Assembly (NCBI GenBank): GCA_000002445.1
Contig: CP000069.1
Span: 1,376,001-1,440,000, forward strand
Length of the DNA stretch: 64,000 nucleotides
Direction of reading: 5' to 3'
Origin: Trypanosoma brucei
Lineage: Eukaryota
Positions within the stretch are counted from its first letter, which is position 1. Each line of letters opens with the position of its first letter. The notes beneath the pieces are model-generated. The model was given only the letters and a program-made list of their open reading frames with translations. It was not told where the DNA came from and made no database searches. A program made the position numbers and the translations under genes. Shown in pieces: positions 21,764 to 34,600 of this stretch.

Positions 21764-24700
21764 ATGCCGTTTTTGGCGTCGACGACTAAACCCCCGACAG
21801 CAGTCAGTGGTGCGGTGACAGGAAATTTCTTGGGGGATGGGGAGAAACTTGTTCTCCTTAGTCGGTTAAACATTGTTTCGCTATTCAGGGCAGATGATCA
21901 CTCTTTTGAGCACGTAGCCGATTTTAGCTTGTTCGCTTCTCTAAGATTTGTCGAGAGCCTTCCGCTTTTCGACAATAGAGGCTGTGGTCGGCATGTTGTG
22001 TTTTTCCTCTCCGTCAAGCAGGAGGTGTCAGTCGTAGCGTTCGAGCGGCGCAACAATGGGCTCATTGGTATGGTGACTCTATTCCACGGTGATGTGGAGA
22101 CGTACTTCCATCAGGGGAAGATTAACGACGCTTCTCTGTGTTGCTCCGGAGTCTATCGATCGACCACTGGTAATTTACTGCCAATTGTGATCTTCTCCAT
22201 TTACCGTGGCGGAGTGATTGGATTTGACGTTGCTGCCGCCATATCTGGTTACAGCCGAGACTCGAAGACGGCGGCCGCGGCACTCAACGCCCTTTTCCCA
22301 TCAGATTACGTACAGGGCGTGTTGAAGAAGACGAAACGACGCTCCAATTTTGCCCATGGAAATTTTGCTGCTGCCGAAATAGATGTTAGGAGTATTGCGT
22401 TAGACCACAGGGATGGTATTGATGGCGCGGTGTCTCTGCTCGTGCTCTATGCGGACTTGACCGGAAAGACACACGTCAGCGAGTACTTGGTTAACTTTTG
22501 GAGAAATGCTGATCAGCGTCGGGTACCTAAAACACAGGGCCGATCGCGGATCCCAGAGGCCTTGAATATACTTCCTGGAGGTGACATAATTCAGAGGAAA
22601 GGGCTTCTATCAACAAGTGTGGAGACAAATGCATGCCTACTGCATGTGGTTCCCGATGGTTTTTTCATTCTTGGACCACAGCTTCTGAACTTTTGCTCTT
22701 GGAAGTCATCTGGTGTTCAATCCGGCTCTTCGAAGAATGTGACGACGCTTGAGGTTCCCCGTCTTGGCGCATATGTTGAACCGGTGTGTTGTGCTACCCT
22801 TCCTGGTCAGGAGTTACTTATTTTGTTCGAAGATGGGAGTTATCTTAAGGTCTCGGTAAGGGATGATTGTGAGGGATTAAATTCAGGGAAAAGTATGTTA
22901 AGTCAATCTTCGGGGGCGCCTTTACGTACCATACCGAAGTGTGTAGCGGTTGTGGGAGAGTGCTGCGTTGTTGGTTCGCACATGGACCACACTCTCTGGA
23001 TGCGTTGGCTCACGGGTGAGAGCGGGGTTTTGGTCTACAACTGTGGGCCTGTATTTGATGTCACAGTGGCTGCGGATGGGTCTCGCACCAGTGTGATTGC
23101 GGGCACTGGTGTTGGGTTGAACGGTGGTTTGAGTTTCGTGCGCTCTGCAGTAAGCGTGCGACAAGACATACGTGTTACCGGTTTGCAGAATGTGAGGCAA
23201 ATTAGCGTCTCTGAAGATACTATTATTTTTTCACTTCCCGGATATAGCCGAGTTTGTCGCTACTGTGTGGGGGAGACGATGGTGCTGGAAGAAATCCACA
23301 ATACGTTTTTTGGGACAGAAGAGACGTTACTTCTCGAATACAACAATGAACGAAATGTTTTCCTCCAGGTGACCACTGCCGGTCTTCGGAATGTGTGGCC
23401 TGATCGTGGCGAATATGTCATTAGGGTAATTAATAATGATATTGGTCACGCCCATGCAAGCGAAGGGCTGCTTGTTTTCTCGAACCCTGCGAACTTATAC
23501 GTGTTTTGTATGAAAACACTGACTCCGGTAGCTACTCTCTGCCTTGCAGATGCGATCTCATGTCTTTTGGTTTTTTCGTCAAGCAGTCTTTTGGTCGGTA
23601 CGTGGGGTTCATGCGCCGTACATCTTTACGAGTTGCATGACGGGATGATTCAGTCGAAGGTCATTTTGCAGTGTTCTGCCACGCCGTGCTCCATGTGTGT
23701 AGTATTTCACAGCGGAGGACACCGCCTTCTTGTGGGTTTGCATAACGGTTACGTTGCTGATGTTCCTATCAGTGGTGCAAACGTGTGTGGGGAAATGGTG
23801 GAGACGATGTTAACTACACAGCCCGTGCGACTATTTAATTTAGAGAGTCATGCCGCCGTTTTGTGCCTAGGAGAGATTCCACTTATTCTTATCGTTACCA
23901 ACACCGGCTTCCAGTTAACAGGAATTGATTTCCGTGACGTTTCTGCGTGCGCAATCATGCCGAAAATGCGGTCGCCGTCCAGGTACATATTCTTCTCCAA
24001 GAGTGAGTGTGCGCTCATTTTAGGAAGCATCACTAGTGTACAGAAACTAAACACGGATTACGTTGGTTTGAAGGCGACGGCAACATGTGTCAAGTACATG
24101 CCCTGGTGGAATGTCCTCGTTTTGTCCATACGCCGAATTGAAAAAGACCAGGTAGTGTCCACGATGGGGCATGAGGTTTCGAATCTGTCAGTTTTGCTTG
24201 ATGAGCCTAACTCATTTGAGCTGCTCGAAAATGAACGGTGTGCGTTTATCGATTGTGTCGCACTTGGGCAGGCGAATGAATGGGGTTCTTGCGGTGAGGT
24301 GGCAAGTGATGCGGGTGTTGTGCTTATTGGTACGACATTTGTTTTTCCAGACGAGCAACTCTCTCGGTCGAGCAGGTTCATGTGGTGCACTGTCGAAGTA
24401 GCTAAGTTAAGAACAGAGAAAACGCTTCTGCGACTGCAAGGGAGCAAAGATGTAGAAGGGGCGCTGCAGTGTTGTTGTATCGTGCCCAACTATGCGGGTC
24501 GGGTTGCATTAGGCATAGGTGGTTGTGTGGTGCTCTACAGCTGGAATGCGGCGGATGCCACGTTTGTGGCTGAGGAGACGATTCAAATTGGAACGCTCAT
24601 AGTCCGTCTTATACCAGTGATGCAGAAGGAAGTGTCGTACATTGTCGCGTCAGACGCACGGCATAGCTGTTTTTTTGTCCGGATAGATACCATACAGGGG

Positions 24701-25576
24701 AGCCTCAACATTGTAGCCAGGGATCCTGAATTGCGCGGTGTTATGGACTGCGCCATACTCCAGTACGAATCTCGCCACGATGTGTGCCTTGGGGATGATT
24801 TATTCAATTTTTTTTGTGTCTCTCACGTTGAGCCACTTGCAAATTCCTCAGGAGTGTCAGCACCTGCGATGCCCACCAAAAAGCTTCAGACAACTGCACA
24901 GTATCACATGGGCGACTTGATAACTGTAATGCACCAGGGTAGTTTTGCCCCTTGTTCAGTTCTAAATGATGTTGTGCCTATACCTGCAACCCTCGTGCGA
25001 GGCGTGTGTGGGCCTCAAATTGTGTATGGAACCTCTCATGGGGCTTTCGGTGCAATAACGCCCATTTCCAGTGAAACATTTATCCTTCTGAAAGGACTCG
25101 AGGTTTCTGTCGCCAGCGTCGTTCCTCCGCTTGGTGGGTTCACTCATGCCTCTTTCCGCGAGGTGCTCCGCGTTGGACAGGAACGTGGCGCCAGCAGGAA
25201 CGCTTCCTTTCAGGTGACCAACCCTCAGGCCACCGAACTGTTTAATCGGCGCCGCCGCCGTTGTGTTCCGCGCGGTGTGTGCTGCGGCGATGTGGTGGAA
25301 ATGTTTCTGACGCTAAGCGGTGGGGATCAGCTGCGGGTTGTTCAGGAGGCTAACCAACATGTTAGGCGGTGGTTTGCATATGCTTGGCCGACTCTAGAAG
25401 AGTATGCCATGTCAGATTTAGACGATTTTTCGTCTAACCAGGGGGATGAGCTTGCGCCAGACCGCATTGTTGATGCCGAGATAAATTCCCTTCTATTGAG
25501 GCAGGCCCTGCCTACGCTGTCACTCACAGTTGAGGCCGTGACTGCGTTTATACAAACCATCCAAAGAATTCACTAG
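21764..25576 (+). CDS. DDB1/CPSF160/SF3b130-family triple beta-propeller protein, DDB1-like. Track ORF 21731..25576 starts with TTG in a (TG)n tract; the first ATG is at 21764.
   Basis: The N-terminus (MPFLASTTKPPTAVSGAVTGNFLGDGEKLVLLSRLNIVSLFRA...) parallels DDB1 (...VVTAQKPTAVNGCVTGHFT...NLLIAK..RLEIY). The C-terminal end ...TVEAVTAFIQTIQRIH matches the DDB1 C-terminus (...DLIKVVEELTRIH). Length is 1271 aa. Confidence 0.6.
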   Translation: MPFLASTTKPPTAVSGAVTGNFLGDGEKLVLLSRLNIVSLFRADDHSFEHVADFSLFASLRFVESLPLFDNRGCGRHVVFFLSVKQEVSVVAFERRNNGLIGMVTLFHGDVETYFHQGKINDASLCCSGVYRSTTGNLLPIVIFSIYRGGVIGFDVAAAISGYSRDSKTAAAALNALFPSDYVQGVLKKTKRRSNFAHGNFAAAEIDVRSIALDHRDGIDGAVSLLVLYADLTGKTHVSEYLVNFWRNADQRRVPKTQGRSRIPEALNILPGGDIIQRKGLLSTSVETNACLLHVVPDGFFILGPQLLNFCSWKSSGVQSGSSKNVTTLEVPRLGAYVEPVCCATLPGQELLILFEDGSYLKVSVRDDCEGLNSGKSMLSQSSGAPLRTIPKCVAVVGECCVVGSHMDHTLWMRWLTGESGVLVYNCGPVFDVTVAADGSRTSVIAGTGVGLNGGLSFVRSAVSVRQDIRVTGLQNVRQISVSEDTIIFSLPGYSRVCRYCVGETMVLEEIHNTFFGTEETLLLEYNNERNVFLQVTTAGLRNVWPDRGEYVIRVINNDIGHAHASEGLLVFSNPANLYVFCMKTLTPVATLCLADAISCLLVFSSSSLLVGTWGSCAVHLYELHDGMIQSKVILQCSATPCSMCVVFHSGGHRLLVGLHNGYVADVPISGANVCGEMVETMLTTQPVRLFNLESHAAVLCLGEIPLILIVTNTGFQLTGIDFRDVSACAIMPKMRSPSRYIFFSKSECALILGSITSVQKLNTDYVGLKATATCVKYMPWWNVLVLSIRRIEKDQVVSTMGHEVSNLSVLLDEPNSFELLENERCAFIDCVALGQANEWGSCGEVASDAGVVLIGTTFVFPDEQLSRSSRFMWCTVEVAKLRTEKTLLRLQGSKDVEGALQCCCIVPNYAGRVALGIGGCVVLYSWNAADATFVAEETIQIGTLIVRLIPVMQKEVSYIVASDARHSCFFVRIDTIQGSLNIVARDPELRGVMDCAILQYESRHDVCLGDDLFNFFCVSHVEPLANSSGVSAPAMPTKKLQTTAQYHMGDLITVMHQGSFAPCSVLNDVVPIPATLVRGVCGPQIVYGTSHGAFGAITPISSETFILLKGLEVSVASVVPPLGGFTHASFREVLRVGQERGASRNASFQVTNPQATELFNRRRRRCVPRGVCCGDVVEMFLTLSGGDQLRVVQEANQHVRRWFAYAWPTLEEYAMSDLDDFSSNQGDELAPDRIVDAEINSLLLRQALPTLSLTVEAVTAFIQTIQRIH

Positions 25577-25810
25577 TGGAGAGTTGTTTGACATTTCGAG
25601 TGTGCAGAGAACAAAAGTCTACTCGTGTGCCGATGTGTGCGGGTGTGGGTCACAGCGGTTGGATAGGTGCGTAATATGTGCTTACATACGAGTCGCACAA
25701 ATCGGCATTTGGATTCTGTTGTTTGTTGGAAATTCCTTACACCTTACAAAATGGATGATTGAGAGTTTTGGTTTTTCTCCCCCTTGTGAAGCAAATTTCC
25801 TTCCCCTTGG

Positions 25811-25848
25811 CTTTACTTCTCTACTTATAGTGCAAGGCCCCTCAGTTA
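25811..25848 (+). promoter_or_regulatory. Pyrimidine tract (ctttacttctctacttatAG) just upstream of the P2 copy 1 ATG, a candidate trans-splice acceptor. It is duplicated at 26411..26448.
   Basis: The polypyrimidine-then-AG configuration sits ~20 nt before each P2 start and is repeated exactly in both tandem units. Confidence 0.4.
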
Positions 25849-26172
25849 ATGAAGTACCTGGCCGCTTACGCCCTAATCAGTCTCTCCGGGAAGACACCCT
25901 CGAAGGCTGATGTGGAAGCAGTCCTGAAAGCTGCTGGTGTCCCTGTCGACTCTTCTCGCGTTGAGGAGCTTCTTTCCGAAGTTGAAGGAAAAGACTTCGA
26001 TGCCCTCTGTGCTGAGGGTAAGGCAAAACTTGTTGGAGGAGTCACCGCCGGTGGAGCAGCCCCTTCAGGTGGTGCTGCCGCTCCCGCGGCTGCTGCTAGC
26101 GCCCCTGCTGCAGCTGCTGCCGAAGCTGAGGAAGAAGACGATGACGATATGGGTTTCGGGCTCTTTGACTAG
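25849..26172 (+). CDS. RPLP2: 60S acidic ribosomal protein P2, copy 1
   Basis: The 107 aa product has an Ala/Gly-rich hinge and the invariant C-terminal [13 protein letters not shown] stalk motif. The N-terminus [30 protein letters not shown] is P2-type. Confidence 0.92.
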   Translation: MKYLAAYALISLSGKTPSKADVEAVLKAAGVPVDSSRVEELLSEVEGKDFDALCAEGKAKLVGGVTAGGAAPSGGAAAPAAAASAPAAAAAEAEEEDDDDMGFGLFD

Positions 26173-26448
26173 GGATGTTTTGAACATATGTGTTTCTATG
26201 TTTTGTGTTGCTACAGTGCTTCTTTTAACTCCTCCGTTCATACCGTTTTTCTTTTCTTTGCACTGACTGCCAATGCACTGTTACGGAGGTCAAGTTCTCT
26301 GTTGCCGTGGCAGTTTCACCCTTGGCCACTTGACGACGGTGCTTGACTTTCCTCCTAATTTCCCGAGGTGAGGGAGAAAAGCGGTATGAAGCAAATTTCC
26401 TTCCCTTTGGCTTTACTTCTCTACTTATAGTGCAAGGCCCCTCAGTTA

Positions 26449-26772
26449 ATGAAGTACCTGGCCGCTTACGCCCTAATCAGTCTCTCCGGGAAGACACCCT
26501 CGAAGGCTGATGTGGAAGCAGTCCTGAAAGCTGCTGGTGTCCCTGTCGACTCTTCTCGCGTTGAGGAGCTTCTTTCCGAGGTTGAAGGAAAAGACTTCGA
26601 TGCCCTCTGCGCTGAGGGTAAGGCAAAACTTGTTGGAGGAGTCACCGCCGGTGGAGCAGCCCCTTCAGGTGGTGCTGCCGCTCCCGCGGCTGCTGCTAGC
26701 GCCCCTGCTGCAGCTGCTGCCGAAGCTGAGGAAGAAGACGATGACGATATGGGTTTCGGGCTCTTTGACTAG
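26449..26772 (+). CDS. RPLP2: 60S acidic ribosomal protein P2, copy 2 (protein identical to copy 1)
   Basis: The translation is identical to copy 1, with two synonymous changes within the coding sequence and one further change in the 5' flank. It sits on the second tandem unit. Confidence 0.92.
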   Translation: MKYLAAYALISLSGKTPSKADVEAVLKAAGVPVDSSRVEELLSEVEGKDFDALCAEGKAKLVGGVTAGGAAPSGGAAAPAAAASAPAAAAAEAEEEDDDDMGFGLFD

Positions 26773-27032
26773 GGATGTTTCGATGCTGACCATTTTATTT
26801 TTGTGACGGTTTTCCACGTTTGGAACGATATATATTTTTTTTACTGCAATTATGCCAAAACATTCAACCACCATGTTTGCTGTTGTGTGTGTGTGTGTGT
26901 GTGTGTATGTATGCACGCGCAGCACTTTTGAAGAGGAATGGGCTCCTGAACCTTCTTTCTTTGTCTCTGCAACTCATTTTAATATTCCAATTTCTTGTCT
27001 TATGCTTTTCTCTTTGTTGCTGACAGTTTTCC

Positions 27033-27695
27033 ATGGCGCTGCAGTTGAATAAAGACAAATATAATACAAATGAACTTAGCATGGCTTCTCTAGTTGCACT
27101 TTGCTCAGATTGCAAGAGACTTTGCGTCGAGAAGACCGGCAGAATGGTAGAGAACATGAGTCGGGCCCCACGTGGTTGGGAAGAAGAATATACGTCGGCT
27201 GCTGAGAAGCGCCGGGGGGAAGACTACGAGTTGTGCCACAGTCGCTGTCTTCGTGTAACGTCGGTTTGTCCATCACCAACAGCTCTCGAGTGGTTTGAGT
27301 CTTTGGGATACAGAAGAGTGGCGGAGATGTCCCCAACGGATGGAATTCCCACAATTCAGCAGGTGTCGAGGTGCGAATACGCCCTCACAGATTTCACCAA
27401 TGTGCTGTTTTCTCTGGCCCATAAGCCGAGCAAGGTCATGTTTGACAAAGTTAATCCCAAAACAGGGGAGAGGTTGGATAGGGAGGTGGGAGGCGAATCT
27501 TCGGATATCAAGAAGCCAGTGCTTGGGGCTGGGTCAATTGATGAGGCAATTTTGAATCGCTGGAGCTCCCCCAAACGGGGGCGTAGGGATATGGAAGACT
27601 TAGGTCTTATTCGATCCCCGCATGATTCGACCCAATTTAAGCGTGAACTGGAAAGGCAGGACATGAAGGTGGGAGGTACAACACCAAGGTGGTGA
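27033..27695 (+). CDS. Hypothetical protein (220 aa)
   Basis: It is an ATG-initiated ORF on the sense strand, preceded by a (TG)n/pyrimidine spacer. I recognise no motifs. Confidence 0.4.
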   Translation: MALQLNKDKYNTNELSMASLVALCSDCKRLCVEKTGRMVENMSRAPRGWEEEYTSAAEKRRGEDYELCHSRCLRVTSVCPSPTALEWFESLGYRRVAEMSPTDGIPTIQQVSRCEYALTDFTNVLFSLAHKPSKVMFDKVNPKTGERLDREVGGESSDIKKPVLGAGSIDEAILNRWSSPKRGRRDMEDLGLIRSPHDSTQFKRELERQDMKVGGTTPRW

Positions 27696-28692
27696 CACCG
27701 TGTTCTCTTACACTTTTCACTCATTGTTGTGTTGTCATCCCCCTTTTCAAAGAGAAAAGAATGACATACTGAATTTGTGCCCAATGCGTGGTAATGGGTA
27801 CTGAATGGAGAGTGCCTGGCGTATTGCGCCGCAGTAATTGTGGCGTTGCCGTCAGTTCCATCTGTATTTTGCCTGCAGCTGCCGAAGTTTTGTGCGACGT
27901 CATCTGTGCTTCGTCATTCACTTACTTTTATTTTTAGTCTATTCAACTATACTCTCCTGTTCCTGAGAAAACTCTTTCATTATGATACCGCTGTTATTCT
28001 CCGGATTCTGTCGGAATCTACTCTCACACATACGCGGGCGCGGAAATATGTTTACGCATATTTTATTTTCCATATCAGCTAACAGACTAACGAACTGCAT
28101 GTTTCTTGCTGATATGATGTCTTGCACATGAGAGAGGTAGTGAGTTAACTCGAAACTTTGGGCGTAAAAAGTTCGGTTTCCGTTGTCAAACATTAGTCGA
28201 TAGCACTACTAATTATACAGTGTTTGAGTGGATACCTTTCCTTTTTTTTCTATCGTTTTCACCCCTTTCCACTTTCAGAAATGACACCAAAGGTGAGTCC
28301 TTATGCGATTGCACATTCGGTGACGAACTCAATGATGTGATGGTTATCATCTGGCACTAAGAAACCAATGAAAAGTGATTTACTTGCTTGGGTGCGGCTG
28401 CACCAGTGCAAGTTGGAGTTGCATGCGTTTGCTCCGGGTACAAGAATATATGACCAGGTGCATGGCGTAAAGGGAATAGAGGCCAGCGCGTATCTTGTTT
28501 TTTTTTAAAATATCGAGTAGCGTATAACCAATTTTGTCTCGGGCCAATGAGTGTAAATTACCGTGAAGACAACAGTTGGTTACGTATACACCGCCACTGT
28601 TGCTCCTCTTCATTTAATCTACATTGTTTTTTTTTTACTTTGTTGCTACATTTTGTTACAGTAACTCGTAGGTTTATGTATGTGACTACTCC

Positions 28693-31600
28693 ATGGATTC
28701 CTCACCTGTCTATCCATATTTGCTGTTTCCGAATGCTGACGAGTTTCACGCAGCAGATAAGGTGAAATACGCAATTCGTCATGCTGTTGGACAGAGAAGT
28801 CCGAACAGGCTGCTTACACCGCGAGAGTTGCGCGAACATCATCGCCTTGTTCGATCAATTGAGGACCTTGAGCTCACGTTATTACTGAAGGACACATCAC
28901 CGATGGCGGTGGAAAGCAGTGCACCATTCGATGGAAATCATCAAAGTTCCACTGGTTCACTTTCCCATAACTCTGGCGGGTTTCCATCTTCATCCACTGC
29001 TTCTTCCGCGAAAGGGATTTGTATGACTAGCGGGATGAGCGCAGGTGCGGAAGAGGAAATTTGGGATAACGGGCGAGTCAATGCTGATCTGTGGAATTGG
29101 CCCGTGGAAGCGTTACACCAACAGTACAGCCTTTTGATTGCCATCGATTTTGGGGCTTCTTCATTCTGCGTATCTGGAAGGGGAAGGGTATTGGTTGATT
29201 ACGTACCATGTGCTGTAAAAACCGTGCTTGATGTGATCAGCACCACCCTCAAAACCCGTCGAGATGAAATGTCCCAAATCAAGCGATGGGTCCAACTTCA
29301 CGTGGAGGAGTCCGAGTGGGAAAATGTACTAGGTCAGGTGTGGGATCCGGTGGTTGATGTTACGATTATCCTCATCAACGTGCCAGTTTTCGATATTTCG
29401 CCCACAACTGCTCACGATGAAATGCGGCACTTGGAATCTGTAAAAGTATCTGGCGGAGATGACAACATTATGGACTTGTTTCCAGAAACTGCCCAGTCCT
29501 TTAATCGGTTCGAGAGGGGATTTTCCGACGAAACCATAAACAATTGCACCTGGATTCCACTAGTTACGCGATGTGCCGCTGAAGCATTGCTTCGCGACTC
29601 TACGCTCATTTCAAGGCTAGGGAGAACCTTAAGTGCTTATGAAGAGGCATGTCGTGCGCAATCATGTGGTGGTTGGCCCGATGTCAGTTTGTTTACTTCC
29701 ATTGAGCATCTTGTCCGCCTAGTGCCTGAACGATCATCACGGTGCACGAGTGTTGTTCTTCTCACTAATGCAGGTGAAGAGGCCCTATTCGACAACTACT
29801 CTCTTTTAGAGAGTTGCGTGAGGAGGAAGAACATTATACTCTCTATCTTACTTCTTAGTGAAGCCGGCTTTCTCCAAGGATCTAATATAAGTTTGCTTTC
29901 TCGGTTTCTGTTGAGTGTCGGAGGTTTCGCCGTTCATTTAGACCAATGGTTGTCTTTGGGAGCGCATTGGTTAAATGTTGAGTGGTGCCGCCGTTTCGTC
30001 GGCTCACGTTGTCTAGCGCAACAACTGTTGGTACAGCTTGAAACCAAGTTTCCCATCAACGTGCTCCACCTGCCACAAAATGTGCCGTTGACTGTGACCA
30101 GTCGACCCGATAATCACTACGTCCTGTACGATGCAAGCCACGGACTAGAGGATTTTTCACTCCCAAATACAAGTGGTGTTGTCCAGCTATTGCGCTGTAT
30201 AGCAGAAGGAAAAGTGAACGAAGGTTGGAGTGTGGTCATGAATTACTCCAGCGATGCTTCACAGGTTGCCCACCTTTACGCCCGATGGCATTGCAACATG
30301 AAGCGCGGGAGGCTGATAGTTTCGTATGAGATGGATATTAGTTACCCCGTTGTACATCGTTGTGTCTGCGTGTCTGGCACGAGGCTGTTGGTAGATCAGT
30401 TTGTGAAGGCGAAGGGGGAAGACAGAGGAGTTAGTGCTGGAGTAGGTATGGCGAGGACTAGTTGGGCAACTTCCCTGGCAGTGATGCGAAGTCAATTTGA
30501 CGGCTGGATGCGCGCTGAGGAGGTGGCGGTACAATGTCTTCGAACCACTGAGAACCCACCAGACTTTCCCATATTAGACGAACTCCGGCGGCTTTCGTCT
30601 CGTGAGGGGGTGTCCTCGTGGTGGCTCTCTTACTGCAACGTGCGTTCAATTGGCATTTTTTTTCGTTGGGATGATGAAACACTGCGCTCCCACCATTCCT
30701 ACACCACCGCCGAGAGGATCTGTGTGCCCTCCGTTACGGGAGAGGCCATTCATGTTTTGCGAGCTGCGTTGAAGAAAAACCACCGTCTTTTGGGTGGAAG
30801 CGAGGGCAGTGATATATATATCTTTGGGAGTGACAAGGGAGACGTCCAGTACGTTGTACAGACGTTGCTATTGGATGAGCCAACCGCAAGTGAACGTGGG
30901 AGTTTGCTTGCCGTGGGATTTGAGCTGCGGTTCAGTTTTTTTCTGCGCGATGCTGAAGGTGTAGAAAGAACACTTGCGAAAGTTGCGGGGGATGTGAAGG
31001 CATGCTTGTCGTCTTCTAAGAGGGGTGATTCCCGCATTAGCGGTAGGCAAACACTTGTGGTAGAAGTGGAGGCCGACGAGAGAAACCGGCGGGAGGTTCA
31101 TTTTTATAATTCGGTAGTCTCGTGTCAGAGGTTTGAGCAACTTTGTGAATTCCACGGTTCAAGTGCTTCCTGTTCGGCCCTCTCGGATAGGGTAGCTTCA
31201 CGGAGGAGCCATGTGAATGAACTTAGGTCATCTTCTGGTTTGGTAGGGAAAGTAAAGGCGACGAGGACAGCACATAAGTTTGTCTATCAGGCCTCTTTGT
31301 CGCCGTACATTGTGAGCCCGTGGGTGCTTGCAGATGCCCTCGTGCTCCACTGGGTGGTTGAGACTGCGGGAGCGTGGGGAACGTTTGCGAACGCATCATT
31401 CAATCTCTTTGTGATGCGACGCATACGAGATGGGTTTCGGTTACTTTATTGCATGGCACAGTACAAGGCTGTTTTGCATGTCACACGCGCTTACGATGAG
31501 CACGACCCTGTCGATGTTTTTGATGTCGTCGTTGCTCCTCCAGGTACTGCCGACGGCCGCCGCGGTTCACAGATAATATTGTACCGGGTTGTCCGACCTT

Positions 31601-34600
31601 TCAAGTTTGGAGTTTCCCCGAGGTATCGTTCTCAGTTAATTAGCGACATTTTAAAGGATATTCAGGCCAACACTGTGCTTCATACTTTCGAGGCTCTCTC
31701 CGCTTCAGCAGTGCTTTCCACGGAAGGAAGCTCGCAGCAGCCAAAGGACCTGCCACGTGGGTGTCTCGGACAGCGACCGCAACCACAACTCCTCCTTCAA
31801 TTTTGTTCGCCTGACTGCGGGTATAGCATTTCTCTACCCATTCTTTCCAGCCGTAACGGCGAGGAAGCGGGTAACGACCTTCGGGTGGCTGTGCAGCGTC
31901 TGTTGTCCCTCCTATGCGATGACTACACTTTCGTCTCCGAAAGTTTAGTGCCTGAAAGTTTACAGCAGAGATTATACGGCACGGTATCACTGAAATGCGA
32001 TGCACCCGTGGGCATCCCACCGCTACAACAACAACAACTTCTTGTTTGCGTGTTGAGGCCTGCGCAGTGCTGCTGTGTCACACTCCTCCTAGTTCCGGGG
32101 CCATCGACAGTACCGTCCTCAGGCGGGAACGCTCGTGAAGTAACCGTTCACGTTCTCTCGTTGGATGCCGCGGCATTGTATGAGGGAGTGATGAGGCACT
32201 ATGGCCGCATAACCGGTGACGTAGATAAAGGTGGAGTTCATAGTTGTTCGGATAACTCGCTTCGAGAATCACTTAACATCCTGTTAACTTCATTTAGCTC
32301 GTTGCATGTAGGCAGCCAATTCCTGCGTTATGAACGCAGCCATCAAGGAAACTTCCACGATTTACGCGCTATCTGGGGGGAGGAAATGCTACGTGTATTT
32401 ACACCCTTTCAGGACTATTTCAGGGAGATAGACGTTTCCTACCTTATTTTCATGCATCATGGGAGTTTCATAGATTGCACGAATGAGGAACCGTGCGAGT
32501 CGCGTTTGGAATCCTTGATTGCCTCTCTCCTTCAGTCGGCGTCCCTCCGGCCCATGTCTACCAACCCAACTGTTTTCCTTCGTGCAACTGAAGTGGTGGA
32601 GGATGTGCAAGTAGAAGAGGGTGTCAATACAAGCAACGTCTCTGAACTAGCTAATGTTCCGTTTCTGATGAAACTGGCTCTACTTCGCGTTTCTGAACCC
32701 GGTTATGTGAATGACTGTGCTTGGATTTCGGCACCATGTGAGGGAGTTACTGGGGAAACCGATTGTGTGAAGTTACTCTTGGACATTTTCATGCAGCGTA
32801 AGCGCTACCATCAAAAACAACGCCTTGTGCTTCAATGTTTTATCAAAACGTCTCCCTGCCAGCTTTTCGACGTTGCAGGGGGCGAACGGAGTTTGACACC
32901 GCAGGTAGCCAGGGATATCTTCCGGAAACTTCAGGAAACACCCCGAACACAAGGGGGTTCAGAACCCGCGTCCAACCTGCAAACCTTCTTTGCGGAGGAA
33001 ATGCACACAGAAACTCTTCAAACCCTGCGCCGTTGGTCACTTCCCTATGAAGAGATCCCAATGAAAGCCCGCCTTTCCTTTGATTCCCTTATATGGGGCG
33101 CCATATCTCAAATGGTGCAGTACAGTTTAACAGAGAGTTTGAAGTCTCAACCATTTGAAGAACTTCGGAATGTTGTCATGGGCGGCCAAACATCCGATGC
33201 AGAAGAAGGATTGGTTAGTGATTCTGGTCAGCCCAACAAGGTTACTTCTGATGCCAACGCTGCTGATGCGCGTGGGGAGGGCGTGGATATGGAAGTTTTA
33301 GCACACGACTCTGTGGATGTTGTGGAGGCTGTTAGTCGTATTGTCGGGTTGAGTGAGCTGATGTCGGTAACTGTCATTCCTGCACTTCTCAGTGTTCCGT
33401 GCTTTGAATTGGATTCGTTTACTGTGCAGTTTACTCGGCAGCCAGCGTGTGCTGACAATGTAGAGCCGTCGATTGTTTTGCGTGATGTCTTCACACGTTG
33501 TCTGTCGGAGGATCTTGTGTGTGTCGTACCCGCATCAGATTTTTGTTATTTGTTCATTCCGAACAGGAGATACTTCTCCTCGTGGTGGCTAATGATCGAT
33601 GTCAGAACTGTTCAAGAAACAGCGACGGAGTGTAGGTTGCGTCTTCTTTGTAACAAGCCCCGGGACCCCGACGTCTGCGGGCGTGTTGGAAAGCACTTAA
33701 GACGGCTGATAGAGGCTAGGGTGCGGGAGGCAAACCAAATGTATCTACTTAGGCAACTACGTGATACACAAAGTGCAAATAAGGAGCTGATACCGTTTCA
33801 TTGGGGAAACCAATTCAACCCTCCGGCACCTATCAATAAAAACAAGAAGGGCTCTGGGCCACCGACGCAATTGGCAATGACTTCTATGCCATTCCACTGC
33901 CGCGGTGTGGCTGTGCGTAAAATTCCAGTGTACTACAAGTTGCAACACCAGTGTCAAAAGGTTCTCAATCGTATAACGAACAGCAGTTCGAGATTGGAAC
34001 TCATAAACATCTACAACAGGGAACAATGCTTCATTGTTGCTGACGACGCACAGAAGGACACCTTTCACTACATTAGGCTTGTGTTTGTCAAAGACACGTC
34101 GAGTCAACCGTCGGTGACGGAGCCCGCGCCCAGATTATCCCCGGCTGATTGCTGTCCTTGGGTGGTGGTGCAACTCTTTAGTGCAACGAAAAATGCCCTC
34201 GTGAGCCGGCCTCTTCGCAAACTAGAGGATTTCCTTTACTTGTTGGCTGTTCAAGAGCTACGGGACCACCTGAACTACGTACAACACAAAGTTATTTCTT
34301 CTGTTGACCTCAATTTCTTGCAGTACAAGGCACTGGATCCAATTACCATTGATTTAAAAGATGCTAATGATGATCAAAACCTGGATGAAACTGATACGCA
34401 ACTGGCTTTTGCCCTTGTAGTTCTGAGTCTCCATGAGATGAAATTTAAGCACTTCGAGGTGGAGAGCGAGCAAACTGGTGCTTTCAGTAATTTCATGGAG
34501 TACTACAAACTTCAGATGCGGACAGATCGCTTGACTAATGCGTCCACCGCCGCGCAACCGGTACTTGGTGATGTATACAAGTGCGGTTGGAATGCGCTTT

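Larger units (their letters stand above)
25789..26780 (+). repeat. Tandem duplication of a ~600 bp unit (25789..26388 and 26389..~26780), each carrying one P2 gene and its upstream splice-acceptor region
   Basis: Identity is near-perfect from gaagcaaatttccttcccc...ttatagtgcaaggcccctcagttaATG through the stop codon. The 3' flanks diverge immediately after TAGGGATGTTT. Confidence 0.9.

Noticed and set aside
25584-25910. 108 aa ORF overlapping the P2 copy 1 start
   Set aside because: It is a different frame running through the P2 upstream acceptor region into the P2 CDS. The identical tandem unit shows the real gene is P2.
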